Source of the DNA: Macrostomum lignano
Lineage: Eukaryota
Assembly (NCBI GenBank): GCA_002269645.1
Contig: NIVC01000131.1
Span: 62,001 to 126,000 of the forward strand
Length of the DNA stretch: 64,000 nucleotides
Direction: 5' to 3'
The notes below the pieces were generated by a model. It saw only the letters and a program-made list of their open reading frames with translations, made no database searches and was not told where the DNA came from. Positions 62,743-64,000 of the stretch are shown here, piece after piece (positions within the stretch are counted from its first letter, which is position 1; each line of letters begins with the position of its first letter). The translations under genes and the position numbers were made by a program.

Positions 62743-64000
62743 TTAATCATGTTCAAACTCTTTGAACAATGGCACAGCGCAATAACAGTCTTTGCTGAAC
62801 GATTCTACTGGAACAGCGATGCAGGGTCGATCGACCTCTGAAAAATTAACTATACGTTCGCGTCTGGCCGATCTGGGCGCATTAGACAGGGATATCAATA
62901 CAAAATTGAATGTCGAAGACTTTTTGAACATGGATTCCAGCAATGCTTTCCAATTAAGTAAATCGATGGGGAAAGTTGCTGCTGGTACTCGTAAAACAAA
63001 ATCAAACAGCGAACCAATGGGATCCAAAATTTGCACTCGAATAGTATTAGGCTCGAGGAACTCTGCAATAGTGCAGATTTCGCCGGACTTCAATTGGCAA
63101 AGATGGTTAGAATTTTTCGACGCACAAGCTGAGCTTGTCGAGAAAAAATGTCCATTAAAATAAGCAAGTGAGTTTCGAAGAATACCATGTGGCCTGGATG
63201 GCTCTAAAGATATAGAGTTAACTGCATCCACTACAATAGAGTCCTTAACACAAGAAAAGTAGTGATGTAGCAACTTTTGAAACAAAAACTTGCGAACAAG
63301 CTGTGGGCCAAATGACACAGTTCCGCATAAGAACTTTTTGAACATGCCAATGGAGCTCTCAAATGCGAACATAGAATAATTAAATACAGGTCCGTACAAT
63401 TCGTACTGTTCAGCCATATGCAAAAGCAGGTGGAAATTAAGGCGGAGTACTTTCGGTCCGAATATTTGCTGAGCATTGGAGATAAAAGCTTTGCATAGCT
63501 TTTCGATATCAGTCTTATTTGATTGGGGGCTATACAACATGTGATAAATAAGAACTAAATTAGTTAACAGCAGTTTCAATGGAAAATGCGAAATTCTCTG
63601 CAAAAACGTAGGAAGAAGAAAGTATAGCGCAAAGTTTTTAAAATGCTTTGCTTTCCAATCTGAAAAGCCTTTAAAATTTGTGTTGATTGTGATGCTAGAA
63701 GGAGTTATAGATTGACGAATACAATTAGATATGAAATCCATGCAATTAGCTGAGCAAAAATACAACTCGCGCCTGTTTGCAGGTAATGACAGCTCTTCTA
63801 GTAGATACTTGGTGTGGCCTTCGAAAAAGCAGTGTAAACTGTCAATAGGATTGCAGCTGGGAAACGGAACATAGTCTAACAAGCAACTGCGCATCTTTAC
63901 GCCAAAAACAGGCCGATTTCGAATTTGTGCGAGCCGACAGTGTTCAAGATGGGAAGATGGGTTTCTCAAAGGAAACAAGTAGCCTTCACCATAGCGGAAG
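62743..64000 (-). mobile_element. CACTA/EnSpm (CMC superfamily) DNA transposase, C-terminal part; ORF open to the window edge
   Basis: PIDSLHCFFEG, WKAKHFKNF, NFHLLLHMAEQYELYGPVFNYSMFAFES match the CMC pattern D.hH..G / WKA / H.h.H....GP......F.FE; no stop between 62746 and 64000. Confidence 0.8.

Overview
Eukaryotic genomic DNA: GC-rich spliced exons sit in AT-rich introns loaded with minisatellites. It is most likely a Macrostomum flatworm; this is an inference from composition plus a match to the M. lignano spliced leader as I recall it. Genes, left to right: first exon of a secreted phospholipase A2 (-), intronless RPS15A (+), intronless UCP-like mitochondrial carrier (-), polo-like kinase (-), 10-exon transportin-3 (-), 9-exon spen/SHARP (-) with three apparent 1-nt deletions, a short harmonin/USH1C-like gene (-) and 4-exon HDAC1/Rpd3 (+). 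Mobile DNA: a TSD-bounded RTE-clade LINE, an inverted older RTE fragment, a second non-LTR relic, a Penelope-like fragment with a minimal hammerhead ribozyme, two tRNA-headed SINEs, MITE/foldback-like elements and a CACTA/CMC transposase running off the right edge. Top observations: (1) the RTE insertion carries a spliced-leader-like sequence inside its TSDs, suggesting retrotransposition of an SL-trans-spliced RNA; (2) an HDAC1 intronic minisatellite is an amplified 3' splice site whose every upstream copy leads to an immediate stop; (3) a Penelope hammerhead ribozyme; (4) the PLK ORF could take its start codon from the SL AUG; (5) frameshifts are confined to spen among the host genes. All exon models were built by hand from GT/AG sites, phase arithmetic and remembered homology; no database search was run.
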